A stretch of 64,000 bases of DNA, from positions 9,268,201 through 9,332,200 of the forward strand of contig NC_092679.1 in the NCBI RefSeq assembly GCF_964355755.1, written 5' to 3'. This DNA comes from Antedon mediterranea. Taxonomy: Eukaryota > Animalia > Echinodermata. Each line of letters begins with the position of its first letter. The first letter of the stretch is position 1. The translations under genes and the position numbers were made by a program. Below, piece after piece: positions 1 through 12,733 of the stretch. The notes beneath the pieces are model-generated. The model was not told the origin of the DNA and searched no databases. It was given only the letters and a program-made list of their open reading frames with translations.

Positions 1-3000
1 GTCTCCAAATGCGATTTGAAGCTATTCTGTACACTTTGATGTTTTTATGTTAACAAGTTTTTTCGAAGATCACAAAATGGTCTAAAACGTCTACAAATGC
101 AATTTGAAGCTATTCTAAGCACTTTTGTGTTTTTATGTTAACAAGTTTTTTCGAAAATCACAAAATGGTCTAAAACGTCTGCAAATGCGATTTTAAACTA
201 TTCTTAGCACATGGGTGTTTTTATTTAAACAAATTTTTTCGAAACTCACAAAATGGTCTAAAACGTCTCCAAATGCGATTTGAAGCTATTTTAAGCACTT
301 TGGTGTTTTTGTGTTAACAAGTTTTTCGAAATGCTCAAAATGGTCTAAAACGTTTTTAAACACGATATTAAGCTATTTTGTGCTCTTTGGTGTTTTTTTG
401 TGAAAAGTTTTAGCAAAATGCTCAAAATGGTCTAAAACGATTTCTAATGTGATTTTAAGCACTTTGATGTTTTTATGTTAACTAGTTTTTTCGAAAATCA
501 CAAAATGGTCTAAAACGTTTCCAAATGCGATTTGAAGCTATTTTAAGCACTTAAGTGCTTTTGTGTAACCAAGTTTTTTTGAAAATCACAAAAGGGTCTA
601 AAATGTCTCCAAATGTGATTTGAAGCTATTTTAAGCACTTTGGTGTTTTTGTGTTAACAAGTTTTTCGGAAATCACCAAATTGTCTAAAACGTCTCCAAA
701 TGCGATTTGAAGCTATTCTGTACACTTTGATGTTTTTATGTTAACAAGTTTTTTAGAAAATCACAAAATGGTCTAAAACATCTCCAAATGCGATTTAAAG
801 CTATTTTAAGCACTTTGGTGTTTTTATGTTAACAAGTTTTTTCGAAAATCACAAAATGGTCTAAAACGTCTCCAAATGCGATTTGAAGCTATTTTAAGCA
901 CTTTGGTGTTTTTGTGTTAACAAGTTTTTCGAAATGCTCAAAATGGTCTAAAACGTTTCCAAATGCGATTTGAAGCTATTCTGTACACTTTGATGTTTTG
1001 TGTGAAAATTTTCTGTCGAAATGCTCAAAATGGTCAAAAACGTTTTTAAATACGATATTAAGCTACTTTGTGCTCTTTGATGTTTTTGTGTGAAATGTTT
1101 TATCGAAATGCTCAAAATGGTCTAAAACGGTTTCTAATGTGATTTCAAGCACTTTGATGTTTTTGTGTAACCAAGTTTTTCGAAAATCACAAAATTGTCT
1201 AAAACGTCTCCAAATGCGATTTGAAGCTATTCTGTACTCTTTGATGTTTTTATGTTAACAAGTTTTTCGAAAATCACAAAATGGTCTAAAACGTCTCCAA
1301 ATGCGATTTTAAGCTATTCTAAGCACTTTGGTGTTTTTATGTTAACAAGTTTTTTTGAAATCACAAAATGGTCTAAAACGTCTCTAAATGAGATTTGAAG
1401 CTTTTCTGTACATTTTGATGTTTTTATGTTAACAAGTTTTTTCGAAAATCACAAAATGGTCTAAAATGTCTCCAAATGCGATTTGAAGCTATTCTAAGCA
1501 CTTTGGTGTTTTTATGGAAACAATTTTTTTCGAAAATCACAAAATGGTCTAAAACGTCTCCAAATGTGATTTGAAGCTATTCTGTACACTTTGATGTTTT
1601 TATGTTAGCAAGTTTTTTCGAAAATCACAAAATGGTCTAAAACGTCTACAAATGCGATTTGAAGCTAATCTGTACACTTTGATGTTTTTATGTTAACAAG
1701 TTTTTTCGAAAATCACAAAAGGGTCTAAAATGTCTGTAAATGCTATTTGAAGCTATTTAAAGCACTTTGGTGTTTTTAGGTTAACAAGTTTTTTCGAAAA
1801 TCACAAAAGGGTCTAAAATGTCTGTAAATGCGATTTGAAGCTATTTAAAGCACTTTTGTGTTTTTATGTTAACAAGTTTTTTCGAAAATCACAAAATGGT
1901 CTAAAACGTCTCCAAATGCGATTTGAAGCTATTTTAAGCACTTTGGTGTTTTTGTGTTAACAAGTTTTTCGAAAATCACAAAATGGTCTAAAACGTTTCC
2001 AAATGCGATTTGAAGCTATTCTGTACACTTTGATGTTTTGTGTGAAAATTTTCTTTCGAAATGCTCAAAATGGTCAAAAACGTTTTTAAATACGATATTA
2101 AGCTACTTTGTGCTCTTTGATGTTTTTGTGTGAAATGTTTTATCGAAATGCTCAAAATGGTCTAAAACGGTTTCTAATGTGATTTCAAGCACTTTGATGT
2201 TTTTGTGTAACCAAGTTTTTCGAAAATCACAAAATTGTCTAAAACGTCTCCAAATGCGATTTGAAGCTATTCTGTACACTTTGATGTTTTTATGTTAACA
2301 AGTTTTTCGAAAATCACAAAATGGTCTAAAACGTCTCTAAATGCGATTTGAAGCTTTTCTGTACACTTTGATGTTTTTATGTTAACAACTTTTTTCGAAA
2401 ATCACAAAATGGTCTAAAATGTCTCCAAATGCGATTTGAAGCTATTCTAAGCACTTTGATGTTTTTATGTTACCAAGTTTTTTCGAAAATCACAAAATGG
2501 TCTAAAACGTCTCCAATAGCGATTTTAAGCTATTCTGTACACTTTGATGTTTTTATGTTAACAAGTTTTTCGAAAATCACAAAATGGTCTAAAACGTCTC
2601 CAAATGCGATTTTAAGCTATTCTAAGCACTTTGGTGTTTTTATGTTAACAAGTTTTTTTGAAAATCACAAAATGGTCTAAAACGTCTCTAAATGCGATTT
2701 GAAGCTTTTCTGTACACTTTGATGTCTTTATGTTAACAACTTTTTTCGAAAATCACAAAATGGTCTAAAATGTCTCCAAATGCGATTTGAAGCTATTCTA
2801 AGCACTTTGGTGTTTTTATGGAAACAATTTTTTTCGAAAATCACAAAATGGTCTAAAACGTCTCCAATAGCGATTTGAAGCTTTTCTGTACACTTTGGTG
2901 TTTTTATGTTAACAAGTTTTTTCGAAAATCACAAAATGGTCTAAAACGTCTCCAAATGCGATTTGAAGCTAATCTGTACACTTTGATGTTTTTATGTTAA

Positions 3001-5460
3001 CAAGTTTTTTCGAAAATCACAAAATGGTCTAAAACGTTTCCAAATGCGATTTGAAGCTTTTCTTTACACTTTGGTGTTTTTATGTTAACAAGTTTTTTCG
3101 AAAATCACAAAATGGTCTAAAACGTCTCCAAATGCGATTTGAAGCTATTCTGTACACTTTGATGTTTTTATGTTAACAAGTTTTTTCGAAGATCACAAAA
3201 TGGTCTAAAACGTCTACAAATGCAATTTGAAGCTATTCTAAGCACTTTTGTGTTTTTATGTTAACAAGTTTTTTCGAAAATCACAAAATGGTCTAAAACG
3301 TCTGCAAATGCGATTTTAAACTATTCTTAGCACATGGGTGTTTTTATTTAAACAAATTTTTTCGAAACTCACAAAATGGTCTAAAACGTCTCCAAATGCG
3401 ATTTGAAGCTATTTTAAGCACTTTGGTGTTTTTGTGTTAACAAGTTTTTCGAAATGCTCAAAATGGTCTAAAACGTTTTTAAACACGATATTAAGCTATT
3501 TTGTGCTCTTTGGTGTTTTTTTGTGAAAAGTTTTAGCAAAATGCTCAAAATGGTCTAAAACGATTTCTAATGTGATTTTAAGCACTTTGATGTTTTTATG
3601 TTAACTAGTTTTTTCGAAAATCACAAAATGGTCTAAAACGTTTCCAAATGCGATTTGAAGCTATTTTAAGCACTTAAGTGCTTTTGTGTAACCAAGTTTT
3701 TTTGAAAATCACAAAAGGGTCTAAAATGTCTCCAAATGTGATTTGAAGCTATTTTAAGCACTTTGGTGTTTTTGTGTTAACAAGTTTTTCGGAAATCACC
3801 AAATTGTCTAAAACGTCTCCAAATGCGATTTGAAGCTATTCTGTACACTTTGATGTTTTTATGTTAACAAGTTTTTTAGAAAATCACAAAATGGTCTAAA
3901 ACATCTCCAAATGCGATTTAAAGCTATTTTAAGCACTTTGGTGTTTTTATGTTAACAAGTTTTTTCGAAAATCACAAAATGGTCTAAAACGTCTCCAAAT
4001 GCGATTTGAAGCTATTTTAAGCACTTTGGTGTTTTTGTGTTAACAAGTTTTTCGAAATGCTCAAAATGGTCTAAAACGTTTCCAAATGCGATTTGAAGCT
4101 ATTCTGTACACTTTGATGTTTTGTGTGAAAATTTTCTGTCGAAATGCTCAAAATGGTCAAAAACGTTTTTAAATACGATATTAAGCTACTTTGTGCTCTT
4201 TGATGTTTTTGTGTGAAATGTTTTATCGAAATGCTCAAAATGGTCTAAAACGGTTTCTAATGTGATTTCAAGCACTTTGATGTTTTTGTGTAACCAAGTT
4301 TTTCGAAAATCACAAAATTGTCTAAAACGTCTCCAAATGCGATTTGAAGCTATTCTGTACTCTTTGATGTTTTTATGTTAACAAGTTTTTCGAAAATCAC
4401 AAAATGGTCTAAAACGTCTCCAAATGCGATTTTAAGCTATTCTAAGCACTTTGGTGTTTTTATGTTAACAAGTTTTTTTGAAATCACAAAATGGTCTAAA
4501 ACGTCTCTAAATGAGATTTGAAGCTTTTCTGTACATTTTGATGTTTTTATGTTAACAAGTTTTTTCGAAAATCACAAAATGGTCTAAAATGTCTCCAAAT
4601 GCGATTTGAAGCTATTCTAAGCACTTTGGTGTTTTTATGGAAACAATTTTTTTCGAAAATCACAAAATGGTCTAAAACGTCTCCAAATGTGATTTGAAGC
4701 TATTCTGTACACTTTGATGTTTTTATGTTAGCAAGTTTTTTCGAAAATCACAAAATGGTCTAAAACGTCTACAAATGCGATTTGAAGCTAATCTGTACAC
4801 TTTGATGTTTTTATGTTAACAAGTTTTTTCGAAAATCACAAAAGGGTCTAAAATGTCTGTAAATGCTATTTGAAGCTATTTAAAGCACTTTGGTGTTTTT
4901 AGGTTAACAAGTTTTTTCGAAAATCACAAAAGGGTCTAAAATGTCTGTAAATGCGATTTGAAGCTATTTAAAGCACTTTTGTGTTTTTATGTTAACAAGT
5001 TTTTTCGAAAATCACAAAATGGTCTAAAACGTCTCCAAATGCGATTTGAAGCTATTTTAAGCACTTTGGTGTTTTTGTGTTAACAAGTTTTTCGAAAATC
5101 ACAAAATGGTCTAAAACGTTTCCAAATGCGATTTGAAGCTATTCTGTACACTTTGATGTTTTGTGTGAAAATTTTCTTTCGAAATGCTCAAAATGGTCAA
5201 AAACGTTTTTAAATACGATATTAAGCTACTTTGTGCTCTTTGATGTTTTTGTGTGAAATGTTTTATCGAAATGCTCAAAATGGTCTAAAACGGTTTCTAA
5301 TGTGATTTCAAGCACTTTGATGTTTTTGTGTAACCAAGTTTTTCGAAAATCACAAAATTGTCTAAAACGTCTCCAAATGCGATTTGAAGCTATTCTGTAC
5401 ACTTTGATGTTTTTATGTTAACAAGTTTTTCGAAAATCACAAAATGGTCTAAAACGTCTC
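1..5460. repeat. ~1.75 copies of the 3,123-bp higher-order repeat
   Basis: Sequence from position 1 recurs at 3124 with the same order of variant monomers until about 5460. Confidence 0.88.
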
Positions 5461-8400
5461 CAAATGCGATTTGAAGCTATTCTGTACACTTTGATGTTTT
5501 TATGTTAACAAGTTTTTCGAAAATCACAAAATGGTCTAAAACGTCTCTAAATGCGATTTGAAGCTTTTCTGTACACTTTGATGTTTTTATGTTAACAACT
5601 TTTTTCGAAAATCACAAAATGGTCTAAAACGTCTACAAATGCGATTTGAAGCTATTCTAAGCACTTTTGTGTTTTTATGTTAACAAGTTTTTTCGAAAAT
5701 AACAAAATGGTCTAAAACGTCTGCAAATGCGATTTGAAGCTATTTTAAGCACTTTGGTGTTTTTGTGTTAACAAGTTTTTCGAAATGCTCAAAATGGTCT
5801 AAAACGTTTCCAAATGCGATTTGAAGCTATTCTGTACACTTTGATGTTTTGTGTGAAAATTTTCTGTCGAAATGCTCAAAATGGTCAAAAACGTTTTTAA
5901 ATACGATATTAAGCTACTTTGTGCTCTTTGATGTTTTTGTGTGAAATGTTTTATCGAAATGCTCAAAATGGTTTAAAACGGTTTCTAATGTGATTTCAAG
6001 CACTTTGATGTTTTTGTGTAACCAAGTTTTTCGAAAATCACAAAATTGTCTAAAACGTCTCCAAATGCGATTTGAAGCTATTCTGTACACTTTGGTGTTT
6101 TTATGTTAACAAGTTTTTTCGAAAATCACAAAATGGTCTAAAACGTCTCCAAATGCGATTTAAAGCTATTTTAAGCACTTTTGTGTTTTTGTGTTAACAA
6201 GTTTTTCGAAAATCACAAAATGGTCTAAAACGTTTCCAAATGCGATTTGAAGCTATTCTGTACACTTTGATGTTTTGTGTGAAAATTTTCTTTCGAAATG
6301 CTCAAAATGGTCAAAAAAGTTTTTAAATACGATATTAAGCTACTTTGTGCTCTTTGATGTTTTTGTGTGAAATGTTTTATCGAAATGCTCAAAATGGTCT
6401 AAAACGGTTTCTAATGTGATTTCAAGCACTTTGATGTTTTTGTGTAACCAAGTTTTTCGAAAATCACAAAATTGTCTAAAACGTCTCCAAATGCGATTTG
6501 AAGCTATTCTGTACACTTTGATGTTTTTATGTTAACAAGTTTTTCGAAAATCACAAAATGGTCTAAAACGTCTCCAAATGCGATTTGAAGCTATTCTGTA
6601 CACTTTGATGTTTTTATGTTAACAAGTTTTTCGAAAATCACAAAATGGTCTAAAACGTCTCTAAATGCGATTTGAAGCTTTTCTGTACACTTTGATGTTT
6701 TTATGTTAACAACTTTTTTCGAAAATCACAAAATGGTCTAAAATGTCTCCAAATGCGATTTGAAGCTATTCTAAGCACTTTGATGTTTTTATGTTACCAA
6801 GTTTTTTCGAAAATCACAAAATGGTCTAAAATGTCTCCAATAGCGATTTTAAGCTATTCTGTACACTTTGATGTTTTTATGTTAACAAGTTTTTCGAAAA
6901 TCACAAAATGGTCTAAAACGTCTCCAAATGCGATTTTAAGCTATTCTAAGCACTTTGGTGTTTTTATGTTAACAAGTTTTTTTGAAAATCACAAAATGGT
7001 CTAAAACGTCTCTAAATGCGATTTGAAGCTTTTCTGTACACTTTGATGTTTTTATGTTAACAACTTTTTTCGAAAATCACAAAATGGTCTAAAATGTCTC
7101 CAAATGCGATTTGAAGCTATTCTAAGCACTTTGGTGTTTTTATGGAAACAATTTTTTTCGAAAATCACAAAATGGTCTAAAACGTCTCCAATAGCGATTT
7201 GAAGCTTTTCTGTACACTTTGGTGTTTTTATGTTAACAAGTTTTTTCGAAAATCACAAAATGGTCTAAAACGTCTCCAAATGCGATTTGAAGCTAATCTG
7301 TACACTTTGATGTTTTTATGTTAACAAGTTTTTTCGAAGATCACAAAATGGTCTAAAACGTCTACAAATGCAATTTGAAGCTATTCTAAGCACTTTTGTG
7401 TTTTTATGTTAACAAGTTTTTTCGAAAATCACAAAATGGTCTAAAACGTCTGCAAATGCGATTTTAAACTATTCTTAGCACATTGGTGTTTTTATTTAAA
7501 CAAATTTTTTCGAAACTCACAAAATGGTCTAAAACGTCTCCAAATGCGATTTGAAGCTATTTTAAGCACTTTGGTGTTTTTGTGTTAACAAGTTTTTCGA
7601 AATGCTCAAAATGGTCTAAAACGTTTTTAAACACGATATTAAGCTATTTTGTGCTCTTTGGTGTTTTTTTGTGAAAAGTTTTAGCAAAATGCTCAAAATG
7701 GTCTAAAACGATTTCTAATGTGATTTTAAGCACTTTGATGTTTTTATGTTAACTAGTTTTTTCGAAAATCACAAAATGGTCTAAAACGTCTCCAAATGCG
7801 ATTTGAAGCTATTTTAAGCACTTAAGTGCTTTTGTGTAACCAAGTTTTTTTGAAAATCACAAAAGGGTCTAAAATGTCTCCAAATGTGATTTGAAGCTAT
7901 TTTAAGCACTTTGGTGTTTTTGTGTTAACAAGTTTTTCGGAAATCACAAAATTGTCTAAAACGTCTCCAAATGCGATTTGAAGCTATTCTGTACACTTTG
8001 ATGTTTTTATGTTACCAAGTTTTTTAGAAAATCACAAAATGGTCTAAAACATCTCCAAATGCGATTTAAAGCTATTTTAAGCACTTTGGTGTTTTTATGT
8101 TAACAAGTTTTTTCGAAAATCACAAAATGGTCTAAAACGTCTCCAAATGCGATTTGAAGCTTTTCTGTACACTTTGGTGTTTTTATGGAAACAATTTTTT
8201 TCGAAAATCACAAAATGGTCTAAAATGTCTCCAAATGCGATTTGAAGCTATTCTAAGCACTTTGATGTTTTTATGTTAACAAGTTTTTTCGAAAATCACA
8301 AAATGGTCTAAAACGTCTCCAATAGCGATTTTAAGCTATTCTGTACACTTTGATGTTTTTATGTTAACAACTTTTTTCGAAAATCACAAAATGGTCTAAA

Positions 8401-9519
8401 ATGTCTCCAAATGCGATTTGAAGCTATTCTAAGCACTTTGGTGTTTTTATGGAAACAATTTTTTTCGAAAATCACAAAATGGTCTAAAACGTCTCCAATA
8501 GCAATTTGAAGCTTTTCTTTACACTTTGGTGTTTTTATGTTAACAAGTTTTTTCGAAAATCACAAAATGATCTAAAACGTCTCCAAATGCGATTTGAAGC
8601 TATTCTGTACACTTTGATGTTTTTATGTTAACAAGTTTTTTCGAAAATCACAAAATGTTCTAAAACGTCTACAAATGCAATTTGAAGCTATTCTAAGCAC
8701 TTTTGTGTTTTTATGTTAACAAGTTTTTTCGAAAATCACAAAATGGTCTAAAACGTCTGCAAATGCGATTTGAAATTATTCTTAGCACATTGGTGTTTTT
8801 ATTTAAACAAATTTTTTCGAAACTCACAAAATGGTCTAAAACGTCTCCAAATGCGATTTGAAGCTATTTTAAGCACTTTGGTGTTTTTGTGTTAACAAGT
8901 TTTTCGAAATGCTCAAAATGGTCTAAAACGTTTTTAAACACGATATTAAGCTATTTTGTGCTCTTTGGTGTTTTTTTGTGAAAAGTTTTAGCAAAATGCT
9001 CAAAATGGTCTAAAACGATTTCTAATGTGATTTTAAGCACTTTGATGTTTTTATGTTAACTAGTTTTTTCGAAAATCACAAAATGGTCTAAAACGTCTCC
9101 AAATGCGATTTGAAGCTATTTTAAGCACTTAGGTGCTTTTGTGTAACCAAGTTTTTTTGAAAATCACAAAAGGGTCTAAAATGTCTCCAAATGTGATTTG
9201 AAGCTATTTTAAGCACTTTGGTGTTTTTGTGTTAACAAGTTTTTCGGAAATCACAAAATTGTCTAAAACGTCTCCAAATGCGATTTGAAGCTATTCTGTA
9301 CACTTTGATGTTTTTATGTTAACAAGTTTTTTAGAAAATCACAAAATGGTCTAAAACATCTCCAAATGCGATTTAAAGCTATTTTAAGCACTTTGGTGTT
9401 TTTATGTTAACAAGTTTTTTCGAAAATCACAAAATGGTCTAAAACGTCTCCAAATGCGATTTGAAGCTATTTTAAGCACTTGGGTGTTTTTGTGTTAACA
9501 AGTTTTTCGAAATGCTCAA

Positions 9520-9523
9520 AATG
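9520..9523. repeat. Target-site duplication AATG, left copy
   Basis: ctcaa-AATG-cacagctg; the uninterrupted paralog reads ctcaa-AATG-gtctaaa with AATG only once. Confidence 0.93.
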
Positions 9524-9536
9524 CACAGCTGTTTCA
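9524..9536 (+). repeat. Left terminal inverted repeat (13 bp, CACAGCTGTTTCA)
   Basis: Exact reverse complement of 14737-14749; begins exactly where the satellite is interrupted. Confidence 0.97.
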
Positions 9537-9548
9537 AACATACGAATT

Positions 9549-9565
9549 AAGTCATGCGCCCTCAA
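9549..9565 (+). repeat. Subterminal inverted motif, left (AAGTCATGCGCCCTCAA), putative transposase-binding site
   Basis: 16/17 match to the reverse complement of 14699-14715; 12 bp inside the left TIR. Confidence 0.85.
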
Positions 9566-9665
9566 CGTTACAAGTCGTATCGCTGGAGTAACAATACATA
9601 AACAATTACTTACAAATCCACGTGTGCAGAGTGGAGTCAAATGTCATTTAAAGACATGTTTTAAA

Positions 9666-9679
9666 CAGCCAATGAGAAT
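9666..9679 (+). promoter_or_regulatory. Possible CCAAT (NF-Y) box near the left end of the transposon
   Basis: CAGCCAATGAGAAT matches the extended CCAAT consensus, ~140 bp inside the left TIR; motif match only. Confidence 0.25.
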
Positions 9680-10119
9680 GAGATAAAAAAATAAAGGGTC
9701 GGTAAAAATATGAATATTCATTAAAGAGTCCCTGGATGAAACAAGCACGTTGTCGTTTTGTTTTTAACAAGGAATGTAACGCTGAAAATTAATGGAAGGG
9801 TGGACCATAAAATACAAGCATATACCAATTTACGCACGTGAGTGACATTTCCAAATTAGGTACATGTTTGTTTGTCCGTATCTTTAAAAAATCTAATTTT
9901 CACTCTAATTCTTTGGTACTGCATGATAATTTAGTTATCTGTGAATGTTATAACATAGTAATGGTCGAGAGGTGATGGTTGAATTTTTGAGCTATGGCCG
10001 TTTCAAATTGTGTCATTTTTAGGCTTAGGCTTGTGTCTACTCTAGTTGCAACACTGCCTTTCATGTGACAGCTGACCCAAATGAGTTTGGAAATGTTACA
10101 TTATTTGAATTATTTAGGC

Positions 10120-12733
10120 CTGGCTGGGTAGGCTAGGCATATACCAATACTATAGGCCCTATTTTTATTTTAATACTAGGCCTAGGCCCTTGCTAGACCT
10201 GTGTTCTCTAGCAGCCTACTACAGAGAAGCAGCTTTCCGGCTTAGTTAGCCTGGCCTTGAGTAGGCTAGCCTACTAGCCTAATACTAGTATTAGTAGGCT
10301 ACCTAATTAAAATTAGGCCCAGGATCTACGCCTAGGCCTATATATTTTTAATATTATTTAATCATTATAATTAATTTTAGTTTTATTAAATTTACAGTAT
10401 TCATTACAAAAACTGTAAATTTAATATTATGAGGATTATATATACCCTATGTAACATGTATGCAATAGGGAATATTATAGGCCTACCCTGTAAAGTGTAT
10501 GTAATAATTACAATATAAATAATGACAAGCATCATATTAACATTCGGTTTTGCTCATCACTGCATATTCAAATTAGTATGCAATCATACTAAATTTAATA
10601 AGTTAAGTTAATTTTATAAAATTGTTATAATAATTATTAATGTTATACTATTGTAGATACATATAATATATAGAGCAGTAACCTGAAGTGGCTAAGCAGA
10701 TTTGGACCATACCTACCATCTATATAGGTAAGATTATTTTGCTGTTCAAGAAGTAGCAAATATTAAATTGTGTACCATGCTATTAATTTGTAATATTAAC
10801 AATCAATCACTACCACTGGCTGGGTAGGCTAGGCCTATATTATAGGCCCTATTTTTATTTTAATATACTAGATAGACCTGTGCTCTCTATCACTAGCAGC
10901 AGCCTACAGAGAAGCAGCTTTCCAGCTTATTTAGCCTAGCCTAGAGCAATTAGGCTAGGTATAAGTAGGCTACCTAATTAGGCTAGGCTCTACGCCTATA
11001 TAGGCCTATTATTATTTAATTATTATTAATTTTTGTTTAATATATTTACAGTATTTATTTAAATAATGTTTATTATGAGAATACCTGGTTATATATACCC
11101 TATGCAATGACATAAGGCATATATGCCTACCCTGTATGTAATAATTACAATTATTAAAAATAATGAATTTTAACATTCGTTTTTGCTCATCACTGCATAT
11201 TCAAATTAGTATGTATGCAACCATATTAAATTTAATAAGCTAATTTTAAGTAATTCTTATAATAATGTTTTACTATTTTTTAGGTACATAGCGGCAACCC
11301 GAAGTGGCAAAAACATTTTAAACAGATTTGGACCAATACCTAGCAGCCTACCATCTATATACAGTAGGTAAGTTTATTTTACTGCTCAAGAACTAGTAAA
11401 TTTTAAATTGTGTTTACCATGCTATTAATTTTCAATATTAACAATAAATCACTACCACTGGCTGGGTAGGCTAGGCCTATATTATAGGCCCCATTTTTAT
11501 TTTAATATACTAGCTAGACCTGTGCTCTCTAACACTAGCAGCCTACAGAGAAGCAGCTTTCCAGCTTATTTAGCCTAGCCTAGAGCAATAGGCTAGGTAT
11601 AAGTAGACTACCTAATTAGGTCTAGGCTCTACGCCTAAATATTATTATTTAATTATTATTATTTTTAGTTTTAATATATTTACTGTATTTTATTTAAATA
11701 ATGTTTATTATGAGAATACCTGGTTATATATACCCTATGCAATGACATAAGGCATATATGCCTACCCTGTATGTAATAATTACAATTACAGTATTATAAA
11801 TAATGAATTTAAACATTCGTTTTTGCTTATCACTGCATATTCAAATTAGTATGTATGCAACCATATTAAATTTAATAAGCTAATTTTAATTAATTCTTAT
11901 AGTAATGTTTTACTATTTTTTAGGTACATAGCGGCAACCGGAAGTGGAAAAATCATTTAAACAGATTTGGACCTATACCTATACCTACCATCTATATTAT
12001 AGGTAAGTTTATTTTACTGTTCAAGAACTAGTAAATTTTAAATTGTGTTTACCATGCTATTAATTTTCAATATTAACAACCAATCACTACCACTGGCTGG
12101 GTAGGCTAGGCCTATATTATAGGCCCTATTTTTATTTTAATATACTAGCTAGACCTGTGCTCTCTTGCACTAGTAGCTTACAGAGAAGCAGCTTTCCAGC
12201 TTATTTAGCCTAGCCTAGAGCAATAGGCTAGGTATTAGTAGGCTACCTAATTAGGCATAGAGGCTCTATGCCTATATATTATTATTATTTAATTATTATT
12301 AATTTTTATTTTTAATATATTTACAGTATTTATTACAAATAATGTTTATTATGAGGATACCTGGTTATATATACCCTATGCAATGACATAAGGCATATAT
12401 GCCTACCCTGTATGTAATAATTACAATTATTATAAATAATGAATTTTAACATTTGTTTTTGCTCATCACTGCATATTCAAATTAGTATGTATGCAACCAT
12501 AGTAAATTTAATAAGTTAATTTTAATTAATTCTTATTATAATGTTATACTATTACTATTTTTTAGGTACATATATAGCGGCAACCCAAAATGGCTAAAAC
12601 ATTTTAAACAGATTTGGACCAATACCTATACCTACCATATAGGTAAGTTTATTTTACTGTTCAAGAACTAGTAAATTTTAAATTGTGTTTACCATGCTAT
12701 GAATTTGTAACTTTAACAATCAATCACTAACAC
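10120..12733. repeat. Internal tandem repeat of the transposon: 4 copies of a ~635-696 bp AT-rich unit
   Basis: Anchor CTGGCTGGGTAGGCTAGG at 10120, 10816, 11458 and 12093; shared blocks ACAGAGAAGCAGCTTTCC, CACTGCATATTCAAATTAGTATG and CAGATTTGGACC in every unit; copy 1 is the most diverged. Confidence 0.95.

Larger units (their letters stand above)
1..9523. repeat. Satellite DNA array, 87-88 bp monomer (left of transposon; runs off window start)
   Basis: Head-to-tail copies of consensus GTCTCCAAATGCGATTTGAAGCTATT(CTGTA/CTAAG/TTAAG)CACTTTG(A/G)TGTTTTTATGTTAACAAGTTTTT(T)CGAAAATCACAAAATGGTCTAAAAC; first monomer 1-88, next starts at 89. Confidence 0.99.

Noticed and set aside
58-80. CENP-B box in the monomer (TTCG core)
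   Set aside because: Only TTCG and the A match; the essential CGGG half is absent.
9480-9686. 68-aa ORF
   Set aside because: Chance read-through from the satellite across the TSD and TIR; no recognisable domain.
9725-10115. Plus-strand coding exons near the left end (e.g. MKQARCRFVFNKECNAEN)
   Set aside because: Multiple stops and no motif I can recognise; not supportable as a CDS.
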